A stretch of DNA of 62,480 nt, filler included, from Hausera hauseri (lineage: Eukaryota): the NCBI GenBank assembly GCA_046269625.1. It is 10 parts of 10 records of this genome, joined end to end, with 100 filler letters (N's around TTAATTAATTAA, not from the genome) between each part and the next. Parts side by side here need not be neighbours in the genome. Positions count along the whole stretch, not along the records: positions 34,732 to 42,646 come from JBJURY010877626.1; positions 42,747 to 47,522 come from JBJURY010440248.1; positions 47,623 to 57,634 come from JBJURY010254402.1; 7 more parts are not named here. One strand, 5' to 3'. Positions 37,620 through 49,779 of this stretch are shown piece after piece; the stretch's first letter is position 1; the number at the start of each line of letters is the position of its first letter. The notes under the pieces were generated by a model. It did no database searches, had not been told where the DNA came from, and saw only the letters and a list, made by a program, of their open reading frames with translations. The translations under genes were made by a program, and so were the position numbers.

Positions 37620-38330
37620 CAAAATACGACAATATTGTGCGACTCCAACAAACTGTACATATCATTATCGCTACCCCAGGAAGGGTTCATGACCTAATTA
37701 GGAGACATTATTTCTACGATTTATAATTTTCAAAGCGTTCTACATTTCATAATAAGCAAATTCCCAAATCATCGTCAAATTATCCTCCACTCTGCTACGT
37801 TTCCACACACTGTACTGTCATTTCTAAGAAAGCACATGAAGAATCCTCATGAAATCAATTGAATGGACGAATTGGCATTGAAAGGCATTACACAATAGTA
37901 CGCCTATGTGCAAGAAAGACCAAGGCTTTACTGCTTAAATACGCTCTTTTCTAGATTGCAGATTAATCAGTCAATTATTTTTTGTAATACAGCCCAAAGA
38001 GTTGAATTATTGGCAAAGAAAATAACAGATCTCGGTTACTTGTGTTATTATATTCATGCAAAATGAATCAAGTTTACCGAAACCGAGTTTTCCACGAATT
38101 TCTTAATGGAAACTGCAGAAATTTGGTTTGTACTGATTTATTTACTCGAGGTATTGACATACTGTCAGTTAACATTGCGATAAATTTTGATTTTTCCAAA
38201 TATGCTAAAATATCTACAGAATTGGTCAATCTGGTTGTTTTCGGCACCTCGGTATTGCGATAAATTTAATAATGTACGATAATAGATGTTCATCAAAGAG
38301 CATTAAAACCCAACTCAATACGCAATTTGA
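37620..38330 (+). pseudogene. DDX6: DDX6/Me31B/Dhh1 DEAD-box helicase fragment
   Basis: [77 protein letters not shown]. Confidence 0.93.
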
Positions 38331-38339
38331 ATCCAACCA

Positions 38340-38703
38340 AAATCTTATCCCTTCAATCAACGCATTAGCCAATGTTTCAAAATGGCGTGTCCGATTAGCA
38401 TTTATACAAACCCCTCTTTTTTTAACTGGTTTGTTAAGCCTTCAAGTTTTTTCTGAAGATAAATTAACGACGTTATGTCTAAGTTGGCTTGCCGATCCAG
38501 TTTACGCTCTTAGAGAGGCTGCCACCAATAACTATGTTTTAACAAAGATAGTCAATATGTCACGCGGTCACAACCACCTGCACAGGATGATTTGTCTTCA
38601 CACTACACAAAATCTATCTGAAATTTTGACGCAAAAAATGATTCAGATACATTCTCTCTCAATGTTGAAGACATTGGTCCCTGGTAATGTTCTCAATATT
38701 CGG
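38340..38703 (+). pseudogene. PPP2R1A: PP2A scaffold A subunit HEAT-repeat fragment
   Basis: KWRVRLA, DKLTTLCLSWLADPVYALREAATNN, NHLHRM. Confidence 0.88.
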
Positions 38704-38794
38704 CTTAAGAGCGAATTATCGAGAAAGCACATCATCTACCTTGATGATGTTGACAATTCTCAGTCACACTTCATCACACCTTGGGTGAGAAATT

Positions 38795-41700
38795 CAGTTA
38801 CTCAGAAATTTGAAACTCGCCGAGGTGAGACTGAGGTCCCGGCCGTCCACCCTTCACCATAGGGTCAGACGGCGCCGTTCTTTGCCGCGCCACGACACGC
38901 CCACAGCCACACGACCAATCCTTATCTCCTTTTCTTTTTTCTCAACAACAGACACATTTGCACACATACAGTAGTACATGTAAACGCAGCTGTCATCCAT
39001 AACATCATTTCCACTTCTCTTCACTCCTCTGATTTCTATCTCACACAATGGATTCGTAGTGCCTTTCGCTGGACTCCTCCAACCTTTCACAACTTGTGTC
39101 TGCCTTCACATTTACTTCCGTATCCGTGATGGCATGGATTCACCACACACAACTGATACCACGGACAAACCCACCAAACCAGAGATCTCCATCACTTACT
39201 TACCCAAACAAAGTGCTTCAAACATTTTGACACAACACACTCCTCATTCATTCACCCTGCACAGAATACTTCCTCTACAGCCAAAACTCTACTCAGACGT
39301 GGCTAAAACTGCATCAATTCTGGCTCCAATCATAAAACGTCGTCGACTTTTTATTCAAAGCCAACAACATTTTTTTTGTTTACCAGCTTCCATCAAAACT
39401 AAAATTACCAACATCATCGACATCCTTCATCACACCGAACCATATACTCAACTTTGTAATGCTGCTGTTAAGCTCACTGAGCCGCCAATCGACTCAGTCA
39501 TTCAAAGACTCTTCAACGACTACGCTATGGGCCTACAGAAACCTTCTGAATTCTTGCGTACACCTTTGTCTTACCTCAAAACCCTTAGCGTAACATCTGA
39601 GCATAGTCCAGAAGTTCTTTGTCGCTATTTTTTAAATGCACTGCCCCTTCAAATAAGAGCTTTGCTTACTGTGGTGGAAGACTTCACGGCAATGTAAAAG
39701 CTAGCTAAACTGGCGGACAAGGCCTATGAAGTACTGCACCCACATACAGCACCAACTACCTCTGCGGCACTAACAACAGAACAACAACAACAAAATACAA
39801 TGCTTCAGCAACAAATTGCGCAATTACGCTCGAAAAATGAAATGTTACAAAAGACAATTAACTACATAAATGAGAAATTAAATGAGTTAACGCTGCCTCG
39901 ATGCGGTTTTTCTAGGGCTGCTTCCCCCAATGTATTTCATCAACGGTTGCCTTCGCCGGCGCGTTCATCTATCTGCTACTACCATAACAAATTTGATAAT
40001 AATGCTCAGAAATGCTGCATCGGTTGTAAATTTTACTCCCCCGGTTTTAACACAAATAACATTGTTTGCATCTATCATTCGAAATTTGGCACAAAAGCAC
40101 AAAAATGCCTACCTGGCTGTAACTACAACACACAATAAAACCAACACTACTATGCTCACACAAAACAGTAGGTCAGACTCACCAGCTACAAAAAACTGAT
40201 TTCGCCGCTAGGACACACGGCAAGTCCTAGCAAAGACAACAACCTGCAAAAAGATAGCCGATACATTTCTTTTGCTATATTCACGTTGGAAGCAGCAGTC
40301 GTCACTCCAATAAAGCAAAACATTAACTTTCTTATAGACACCGGCGCAGCAATCTCTTTACTGCCACCAACACAACATATCCAAAACAATTTCACTTCAA
40401 AATGCAACTGTTCACTGCGTCCGGTGAACCTTTACAAATTTTTGGTGTTACCAAATTAACGTTCATTCTTCCACATTTCCCAAATAAATTCACTTGGAAA
40501 TTTACAATAGCCAATGTACGCACACCTATATTGGGTTCAGATTTTCTGTCCCACTACAATTTACTTGTAGATTGCAAACGATGTTTTTAAAGAGCGGAAA
40601 TAATCTTAATCAAATTGGCGGCATTTCGGTGACCACCCGAGCGATAGCTTCCAACAAGTCAATACTGAAGCAAACGACTTCCGATTTAAATTATTTTTAT
40701 AATAATACATTATAGAAAAATTTTTACTACGGTAACAAATACGATATTGCAACTGCGTGGCACATATTACTGATAGCACAGCTGCCAACACCATCTTTAA
40801 CACGAACATCCTGCACCAAATACCACCTAGTCACAACACCTTGTCTACAACTCATACCTCAACTGCATCCAGTCACGATGCATCGACACCATCGGATAAC
40901 TTTTCATCGTTGCCTTCTGATCTACAGCAATATATTTCGTCTTCCTACACGCGTCTGTTGCAGAAGGACAAATCATTCGTACAACCTCAATCCACCTTCC
41001 ATCACATCGTAACAGCATATCAAAGACCAATGCGGTAAAAGGTCCGCCCGCTATCGCTTCACCACAGACAGGCACTGGAGGCTGAGTTCCTCGACCTTGA
41101 AAAATCAGGCATAATCAGAAGATCCAAATCCCCCTGCTTTTCACTGCTGCATGTGGTTCCAAAAAAGATGGCACCTTTCGCCCATGCGGTGATTACCGCC
41201 AACTCAACATCATAACAACAATAGATGCCTACCTTCTACTATTAATCAACGATATGCTTCACAGGCTCTATGGTGCGACCATTTTCTCCTGCATTGATTT
41301 ACACAAAGTATACCACAAAATTCCGAGGACCCCATCAGACATTCGGAAAATGGCTGTCATTACACCTTTTGGCCTTTTGGAGTACATTTTCATGCCTTTT
41401 GGACTCTGTAGAGCTTTCCAGATCTTCCAAAGCCATAGTAATACAGTTCTCTCAGGTTTAGACTTTGCTTATTCCTATATTGCTAGTATCCTAATTGCAT
41501 CATCTTCCTCGAAACAACACTCCGAACACTTACGTCTAATCTTCCAACGCTTGCACCAAAACAATTTGCAAATTAATTGCGCCAAATTCTCTTTTTTCAA
41601 CATAAGGTCAACTTTCAAGGACATGTTATTACCTCCTCCGGACATTCACCTCAGCCAGAGCGCATCACACAGCTGAAAAAAATACAACTACCACGTACAT

Positions 41701-42646
41701 CCACAGAGATGCGTTCTTTCCTCGGAACGTTGCACTTTATTCATAAGTTTATTCCACACTGCTCCACTCTAACCGCTCCATTCGCATTACTAAGCTCTGG
41801 AAAGAAAAAACAGCCTATTCAATGGACCGCCAAACTAGTCAACGCTTTCGATACCCTCAAAGACAATTTAAAAATCGTAGAAATCCTGGCCTATCCAGAC
41901 TCCCATGCAGAACTCTTCCTAATTACGGACGCATCCACAACAGCTGCAGGTGCTGTCCTCCATCAGGTTAAAAATGGATCCCATGAGCCATTAGAATTCT
42001 TCTCTCGAAAATTCACAGCACAAGAGCAAAGATATTCCAGCTTTGACCGAGAGTTGCTTGCAATGGTCCTTGCCGTAAAACACTTTAAACATCTACTAAC
42101 TGCACGAACGTTTACAATAAAAATGGACCACAAGCCCTTGCTTCAAATTCTCACCATGAAATCGCCTTCTCCACGTCAGGAGAGGCAAATATCGTATATA
42201 TCCACATTTAATTTTGTAATTAAGCACCTAAACGGAGTCGAAAATTTAGTAGCTGACTTTTTGTCCCGATCTGTCAGCTCGATTGATTTTACACGAATTT
42301 TTCCTCAATCCAAAATACAGCAAAACCAGCCACGTTCAGACATTTTTAAGTCTTTTAAATCGTGCAAAACTATCGACAGTGTGGCCTTTAACACCTCCAA
42401 ACCTAATAATTCTAAAGTCATCCTTTCTGAATCGCTTCAAAAAGAAGCATTCAACAACATTCATTCATTGCATCATTCCGGTGCCAAGGCCACTTTTCGA
42501 CTCTTACAACGCCAAGTAGTATGGCCGTCGATGCACTCTGACATGCAGGCATGGGTTAGGCAGTGTGTAGCATGCCAAAAATACAAAGTTACTAAGCATT
42601 TAAAGCCACCACTATATCATTTTCCCTGCACGTCTCGTTTTGAATC
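38795..42646 (+). mobile_element. CsRN1-like Gypsy copy C: Ubl-gag-PR-RT-RH-IN(start)
   Basis: FRIRDGMDSP (GG mutated to DG), double CHCC knuckle, FLIDTGAAIS, MPFGL, TDAS, YSSFDRELLA, HSLHH..CVAC. Confidence 0.95.
40190..40231 (+). promoter_or_regulatory. -1 ribosomal frameshift signal (A AAA AAC plus hairpin) at the gag/pol junction
   Basis: The heptamer directly precedes the gag stop and a -1 slip opens the protease frame. An 8-bp stem GCTAGGAC/GTCCTAGC follows. Equivalent sites are present in copies B, D and E. Confidence 0.8.
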
Positions 42647-43175
42647 NNNNNNNNNNNNNNNNNNNNNNNNNNNNNNNNNNNNNNNNNNNNTTAATTAATT
42701 AANNNNNNNNNNNNNNNNNNNNNNNNNNNNNNNNNNNNNNNNNNNNTCTATTAACGAGACACTTGGCTTGCCATATTTGTCAAGGGCTTTCTAGTGGCTG
42801 CAAATGTTCAATATTTTCTATGTCAGAATGAACGAAATTGTCAGATGTCAGTCAAAAATTGGGTTATAAATATGGGGAAAAAACATAAATATGTCGCTTC
42901 GCTGTATTAAGTTGCAGCCATGCAAATTTATGCAAAAAAAACTGTGACTTGTACAGCGAAAAATATGGTAACTACATCAGAAAATGCTTTTACTGCAAAA
43001 TACAACATTCTTTATGTAATTTATCGCATTGTAAAGGCAGAATGGTATCACTACATTAATTTTCTTTTGATTAGACACACTGGTATAGTTCTTAAAGCTA
43101 TTCTATCACGAGATACGGACCTTTCATCTTCAATCTTTGTCACGTAAGTCCATTTTTCAGAGATATCGGAATCAA

Positions 43176-44744
43176 TTATTTGACAAAAACCATTTCCTTA
43201 TGTCTTATACATAATTGTGATGTTTCGGCTTTGTTTAATATTTCATTAAGAATTTTCGAATAGTTAATTCCTCGTTTTGTAGCATCTGGAGAAAATTCAC
43301 GTTTGAATCGGCAGTTTTCATTATATTTACAATTCCCATTTTGGAAATATATGCAAGTTTTTTGATTCATATTTTTATAATCATATTAATTTCCTTCTTG
43401 TGTCGAAATGCACAAGACTCACCAAAACGACATTTTCCTACTTGGAAATATTTACAAGGTCTCTGTTGATTTTTCATATCTTCTCGACAATTATTATGTA
43501 ATTCATTTACATTTTCTTTAGTGTTAAACTTAATTTTATTTGCTAACTTAGATTTTTTCTCTTTCCTATTAGTAAAAAAGGAAATTTTCGCTAATTTTTC
43601 AGAATGTCTTATTATGTTTGGCATTAAGGCGTTTATTCCGTGAACTCCTTCTGCAGCAACGAGTTTCAGTTCCGCTTCTTTTTCTTCCCAATGAATTTAA
43701 ATCCTGCACATTTCGCTTTTTGACTTTGTTCTTACGACAACGTTCCCACGCCAACACCATAACTTCGGGTAACTTTTGGATCAAATTTTTGTGCAGCAGA
43801 ATGCCTTCCAAATCTGTTTTACAGTCTAGATATTTCAGTCTAACAATGACCGAATACAGTAACGTGACGAAAGAATATAATTCTTTTATATTATGAACAT
43901 ATTTTTTGAAACTCCATGATCTCTGACGTGAGAGAGGCGTAATTTCTCTGACTCCCTCCATAATAAAGTTCCAACTTTTCAATGCTGCTTTGTAGGAACC
44001 TTCGGAGAGGTCTTAATTCTGAAGCAAACGTTTTGCCTCGCCATACTAACAGTTTTCTAATTGAATCTGTTTATCTATGGACGAAAGTGACACGAGTCTT
44101 GAAAATTTTTTGCCATTTTTCGAATTCCGCGACATTTCCCCAAAATTTTGGAAGATCGATGCATTTTAACTTTGGGGCTAAATATTTTTTACGCATTTTT
44201 CCATCTGCTTTATCATGTAACGTTACAAGACTTCTCATTTGAATCATTTTCACTATGTCTTCATTTTGTGCTTCGATGGTTCTTGATTCGTCAATCAATT
44301 CTGCCAACTCATCTTTTTCTTTTACTTTCGAGCAAACAATTTCAATGCACTGATTTCCATTGACAGTTTTTTTAATTTTTCAACATATCGATCATTTTGA
44401 TATTGGAATTCGTTCTCTGCCAACCTTCCATTCATTAGTGACTTTCTCTGTACCATCAGTTAACATTTTAATTCATCCTTAGCAAATAATCGGTTCTCAA
44501 AATCTTCACTTTCGCTTGCGCTTCCTCCTTGCAATTTACCACTGAGGTTTATAGTTGCTCCGTGTGAAATCTTCTGTAACATCTCGTTCTCATCCCACTT
44601 CTTATTCTTGTACATAACCGCGAAATCCTTCGTTTTGATCTTGTATTTCTGGGTTATCTTGTCTTTTAGCGCCTTAATCGTCTTTATTTCCCCTATATCC
44701 ATAACGACTGGTGGGTTCTGGTTTATCTTTACAATTATCTGCTT
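43176..44744 (-). mobile_element. gag: BEL/Pao-type gag with N-terminal ubiquitin-like domain (44523-44744) and CCCH fingers; no pol seen
   Basis: KQIIVKIN..TIKALKDKI..GATINLSGKLQGG; DUF1759-like PKLKCIDLPKFWGNVAEFEKW; LIQKLPEVMVLAW; CKYFQVGKCRFGESCAFRH and CIYFQNGNCKYNENCRFKR. Confidence 0.8.
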
Positions 44745-45719
44745 TGACTTTGATCATCCGAACTCTATTTTTTCCCTTTCTTATTTCGTTTCTGTTCCCT
44801 CTGTTTTCTCCCCTAACTGTTCCAATTTCTCTTTGAAAATTGGTATCCTTTTACTCGATAAAGTATATCTGAATTCGAAACTTTTATTTACACAACTTTT
44901 ATTTAATAGGTAGTGCCCTTCAACAGATAATTGATTACTTTATTTATTTATAATTCTTTCAGTTGTGTTGTGATATTACTATGGGCCTGGCGTAATATAC
45001 AAATATCGGAGGACTTATGAAAGCAGTGGATTTTTACTCAAATATGGATAAAATAAAACAAAATACTTATTTAACAAGGAAACGATTCTACCAAGTAGTT
45101 CAGCAAATTTAATTATTGGTATAAATGTTAAACCTTTGTGTTTATATGCAGATATTTTATAAACTCTGTGAGGAAAAGACAGAACTGGGAGCATCAAAGG
45201 CAGCCGACAACAGTATAAAACAATGACATCGATTCTAACCTTTAAAATGAAGAAATATTCCACACGTTTGGTTGGTTTGGATCGGATATCGTAGGCCGGA
45301 GCAAATACGAATTCTACTGTGTATGCTTCACCATTAACTGCCTTCAAGTACGGCAATATATAGTTTCTTGTGGTAACATCAATAACCGTCAGGTGTTGGT
45401 ATGATTCTAGATCGCTGTTTCTGAACGAATTCTCGACTAGCCATAGTTTCTGGAGGCGATTTAGGTGAGTATTCGAATCGATGTCTATGTTCTTTCATTT
45501 GGGCATTTCTTATTATATCAAAGGTCGATAGAAGAACCTTAATAAAAGAGAACATCAATAGAGGATTCATAAAACTTGAATTTCCACTTTTGGATTTTAA
45601 AAAATCGCCCGCACTCGACAGACCAGTAAATATCACGAATTTTTTAAGAGAATCTGGAATCTCATTTAAATCAACAATTGGAGCTCCGAAGAAAGCCGCT
45701 GACGTTCCCATCGAACAAA

Positions 45720-46330
45720 CATTGCCGAACTTTTGATAAGACTGGCAATTTTAAGATTTTATTTCTTAAAAGCCTTCACCAGATCGGCTTGATGTCCTCG
45801 TTTAATTAAAGTTTGTATCAATTCTTTGACTTCAAAATTTCGCATAATGATTGATTTGCTAATAATTTTGAGAATAAAATGAACTTGATTTTTGAGCTTC
45901 AAAGTTTCAACCTCAACTTCACCAACTAGGTACTGTTTTCAAATGAAATACATATCTAATCGAACCTTGAAAGGGGATAATGATGTCTTGGGCGCTGTTA
46001 TACTTCTTAATAACACCCATGTCAATAACACCCATAACACATATCAATGAAGTTTGACACTTGAAAATTTTGTAGAAACCAACGGACTCATCCTCGTCAT
46101 ATTGTTATTTCATCAATTCGACAACAATTCTGACTACCTCGATAATCAGTGATCAATTGTACAGCCTTTTTTGTCGGATTGAGGTACAATTCCATAACGG
46201 ACTTTCTGTATTTGTCCGTCCACACTCTAACGGGCAACTCAGTAATCGCAATTGTGATTTCAGATAACTTCGAGATTTCTCCCGATACTATATATTTATT
46301 GGGAGATATTTCCAATTTAGTTAACATATT
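45720..46330 (-). pseudogene. TOP2: DNA topoisomerase II fragment
   Basis: NKYIVSGEI..ITELPVRVWTDKY..LITDYR, GVIKKYN, LKNQVHFILK, DLVKAFK. Confidence 0.88.
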
Positions 46331-47030
46331 TAAATTTTCTTCGATTCTCTGCTTTTTCTTGTAAACTATTTCTCAATTTTCCCATCGTTACTCCCAAGGT
46401 ATTCGTTTTACGCGTTAGTATGGTTATAATTGATTGTGAATTTTCACGTTCTCTATGAACAGCAGTTTCAATGAATATTTGACTTTCACTTCGATGGTCC
46501 TCAAGAGTTTGGGCAACTTTCATTTCAGATTTCGTCTCATATTTTGTTTTGAGCTGTTGTATTTCTGCTTTATGAGCTTCAACTAAAAAAACCATTAGAT
46601 TTTCGACTCGAACAATAGAATCTGCAGCTTCAACTGACTTTTCAACGGCCTGTTTGAAACCTGCTGGTATACTGAGGTTTGAAAATTCAGGGCCAGCATC
46701 AAAAATCGTGCTTCCCAAGCACATTTGTGCTGTTTTTTCGTGTTCAAAATTGTCAGTTATTACATCTCTCAAAGCCGATACTGGACTTGACACATTTAAC
46801 GTATTCAAAGCCGTTATTACCGATTCGATTTTATTTGGAGATCTATCTGACTGTTTCAACATTTCTAAATATTCATCCATCGTTTTTGTGAACGCTTTAA
46901 TTTCCTTCAACAAATTATCATGAAACAGAACAATTTCGTCATAATGTCGCTGTTTCTCTTCAAGATTTTTCCATAGTTCACTTTGTATTTTGCAAAATCT
47001 TTCAGATTACTAATAATGTCTTCATCATTC
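46317..47030 (-). pseudogene. Unidentified coiled-coil protein fragment
   Basis: 198-aa helical, E/K-rich ORF abutting the TOP2 fragment on the same strand. Confidence 0.35.
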
Positions 47031-47335
47031 ATACTGTGGTGCTCACATTCACCCAATGGGTGATTAAAAACAAACGTTTTTTAAATATGTAATGTATTTA
47101 AGTTTGTCAACATGCTGCCATGTAAATTATACAATATGTGTCAATATCATTAAAGATTATTACATAGACTCAGCATTTAGTGTTTATCAGTATTTTGATT
47201 TTATTACTGGATGTTTCATGACATTTTCATTTTGGATATATTGTTGAATTGCAGATTGGTGTCAGCATAATTCCTGCAATTCGTTTTTTTAACGTAATAC
47301 TTTCTCAATATAATTTAAACATTTTTCTGTGACAA

Positions 47336-47522
47336 ATGACTGATCAAAGTATTTTATCGGCTGAGTTTCTACGATTTCATGATCAACTGATGACTTTAAA
47401 AGAGACTAAATACAGAAGCGAAGAAAAATGTTATCAACTTGAAAGAGAATTATTTAAAGCTAATGAATTAAAGCAAAGATTTCGATCTGTCAGAGACAGA
47501 GGCATTAATGATCGAAAATGAA
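47336..47522 (+). CDS. N-terminus of a GRIPAP1-like coiled-coil protein
   Basis: ILSAEFLRFHDQLMTLKETKY resembles recalled GRIPAP1 LSEEEFQRMQAQLLELRTNNY. It is at the contig end. Confidence 0.4.
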
Positions 47523-47622
47523 NNNNNNNNNNNNNNNNNNNNNNNNNNNNNNNNNNNNNNNNNNNNTTAATTAATTAANNNNNNNNNNNNNNNNNNNNNN
47601 NNNNNNNNNNNNNNNNNNNNNN

Positions 47623-49110
47623 TTTAGATTGTTGCCTATGCTAGAACTTGCCGTATCCTAGCGGTGAAATCAATTTTTTGTAGTTGGTGAGTTAGGCCTA
47701 CTATTTTGTGTGAGCTTAATAGTGTTGGCTTTATTATGTGTGTTGTAGTTGCAAGCAGGTAGGCATTTTTGTGCCTTTGTTCCAAATTTTGCGTGATAGA
47801 TGCAAACGATGTTACTTGTGTTAAAATCGGGGGTATAAAATTTACAACCGATGCAACATTTCTGAGAATTGTTGCCAAATTTGCTGTGATAGTAACATAT
47901 AGACGACCGCGCGGGCGAAAGCGACCGTCTTTGTCGTTGACGAAATATATCAGGGGAAGCAGCCCTAGAAAAACTTTGTCGAGGCAAAGTTAATTCATTT
48001 AATTTCTCATTTATATTATTAATTGTTTTTTGCAACATTTTGTTTTCTGTGCGTAATTGCGAAATTTTTGCTGTAGCATTGCATTTTGTTGTTGGTAGTT
48101 TGTTGTTAATTCCACAGAGACAGTTGGTGCTGTGTGTGATTGCAGCACTTCATAGGTTTTGTCCGCCAGTTCGGCTAACTTTTCCAGTGCCGTGTAGTCC
48201 TCGATCACAGTGAGCAAAGGTCTTATTTGAAGGGGCAATGCATTTAAAAAGTAACGACGAATTTCTGGACTATGCTCAGATGTTATGCCAAGGGTATTAA
48301 AGTGAGACAAAGATGTGCGAAAGAACTCAGACAGTTTCTGAAGGCCCATGGCGTTGTCATTGAAGAACTTTTGAATGATAGAATCGATTGACGGCTCAGT
48401 AAGCTTAAGAACGGCATTATAAAGTTGAGCATATGGATCGATGTGGTGAAGGATGTCAATGATATTCGTAATTTTGGTTTTGGTAGAAGTAGGTAAATGG
48501 AAAAACAGGTTGTTGGCTTTGTATAAGGGGTCCACGACGTTTTGTGATTGGAGCTAGAATTGGTGCAGTTTTAACCATGTTTGGGTAGAATTTTGGCTGT
48601 CGAGAAAGTATTCTGTGCAGGATGAATGAGTGGGGAGTGCGTGATGTACTTTGAAGCACTTTGTTTTGGTAGGTAAGTGATGGAGATCGGTGGTTTGGTG
48701 GCTTTTTCCGTGGTGTCTATGATGGGAGAGGAATTCATGCCACCACGGACACGGGGGTGAACATGAATAATGAAGGAAGACTGTGTTGAAGAAAAGAAAT
48801 CGGCAAGACTGTAGAGTATGAAGCCGTGATGACTGAGGAAAAATTCGTTTGTTTGTCGTAGTGCAGACATGATTGTACAATTGGATTATTTTGGTGTGTT
48901 GTGTTATTTCGTATGTTGTGGCATGTTCATTATTTAGAAGGAAAACGGAGAAAGTGGGTGTCTGATAGTCGGGAGTGTAATGCGGGACGAGTACATGGCC
49001 AATCGCCTCTCTCCCCTGCATGGGAACATAGACCGGGTGCACGGTATCCCGGGGACGGGGCCGCAATTTGCGGGAAGGGCCGCACTCGTCGCCGAATTTG
49101 GTCGGGCGGC
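47623..49110 (-). mobile_element. gag: CsRN1-like Gypsy copy D: Ubl-gag (truncated by contig end)
   Basis: IHVHPRVRGGMNSSP (GG at 48739-48744), double CHCC knuckle, AAAAAAT slippery site. Confidence 0.92.
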
Positions 49111-49779
49111 TGTTGACCGGCTCTACAGGTTTCGTTTTGGATGGTACAATTGAAGCGTTAACGTCTTTAGGGAAAATGAAACATCGATATTGCGGCCTGT
49201 ATATTCGATACCACCTTCCACTACCGATTGTATTGTCAAAATTATCTGGGTGATGTAACAAATTTCGATGATTCTTGTTGCTATTACACTGACTAAAATC
49301 GTTTGTTTGTAGTTTAAACTGCTGCGTGTTATCGTCGTTACAGTTAAGTGTCTCCAAGCGACTCTGAAGATCGTAAGATTCAATGTCAGGTAAATCTGAT
49401 ATAGGCTTAGCAGGGTTGATGTGATTTCTTCTATTGTGTATCATATGGGAATAGTGTGACAAGTCGTCCAAGATGTGATACTCAGTCAATGAACAAAAAT
49501 CAAGCGGATGTGCAAAACGCAAATGAAGTGTCGGCCTATCCAAAGTTTTATCAACGAAAAATGGTCAGTGGTTGACACACGTTTGATAACAGACCGGTAG
49601 CAAAAATAAAATATCATTAGTAGAAAAAATAGATAATAATGCGAAATCATCAAAACTTACAACAACCACACTGTCACAAAAAAAATATTGTGATGGTTTG
49701 TACTGTCAGGAAAAGAAACGTCTGATGATGCTGAGCTTGGCGTGCAAAGTATTTTCTGACACCAATGTTGTTCCGATTT

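Noticed and set aside
45003-45020. tRNA-Tyr-type PBS for the BEL element
   Set aside because: Only a partial match to TGGTCCTTCGA and no LTR identified.
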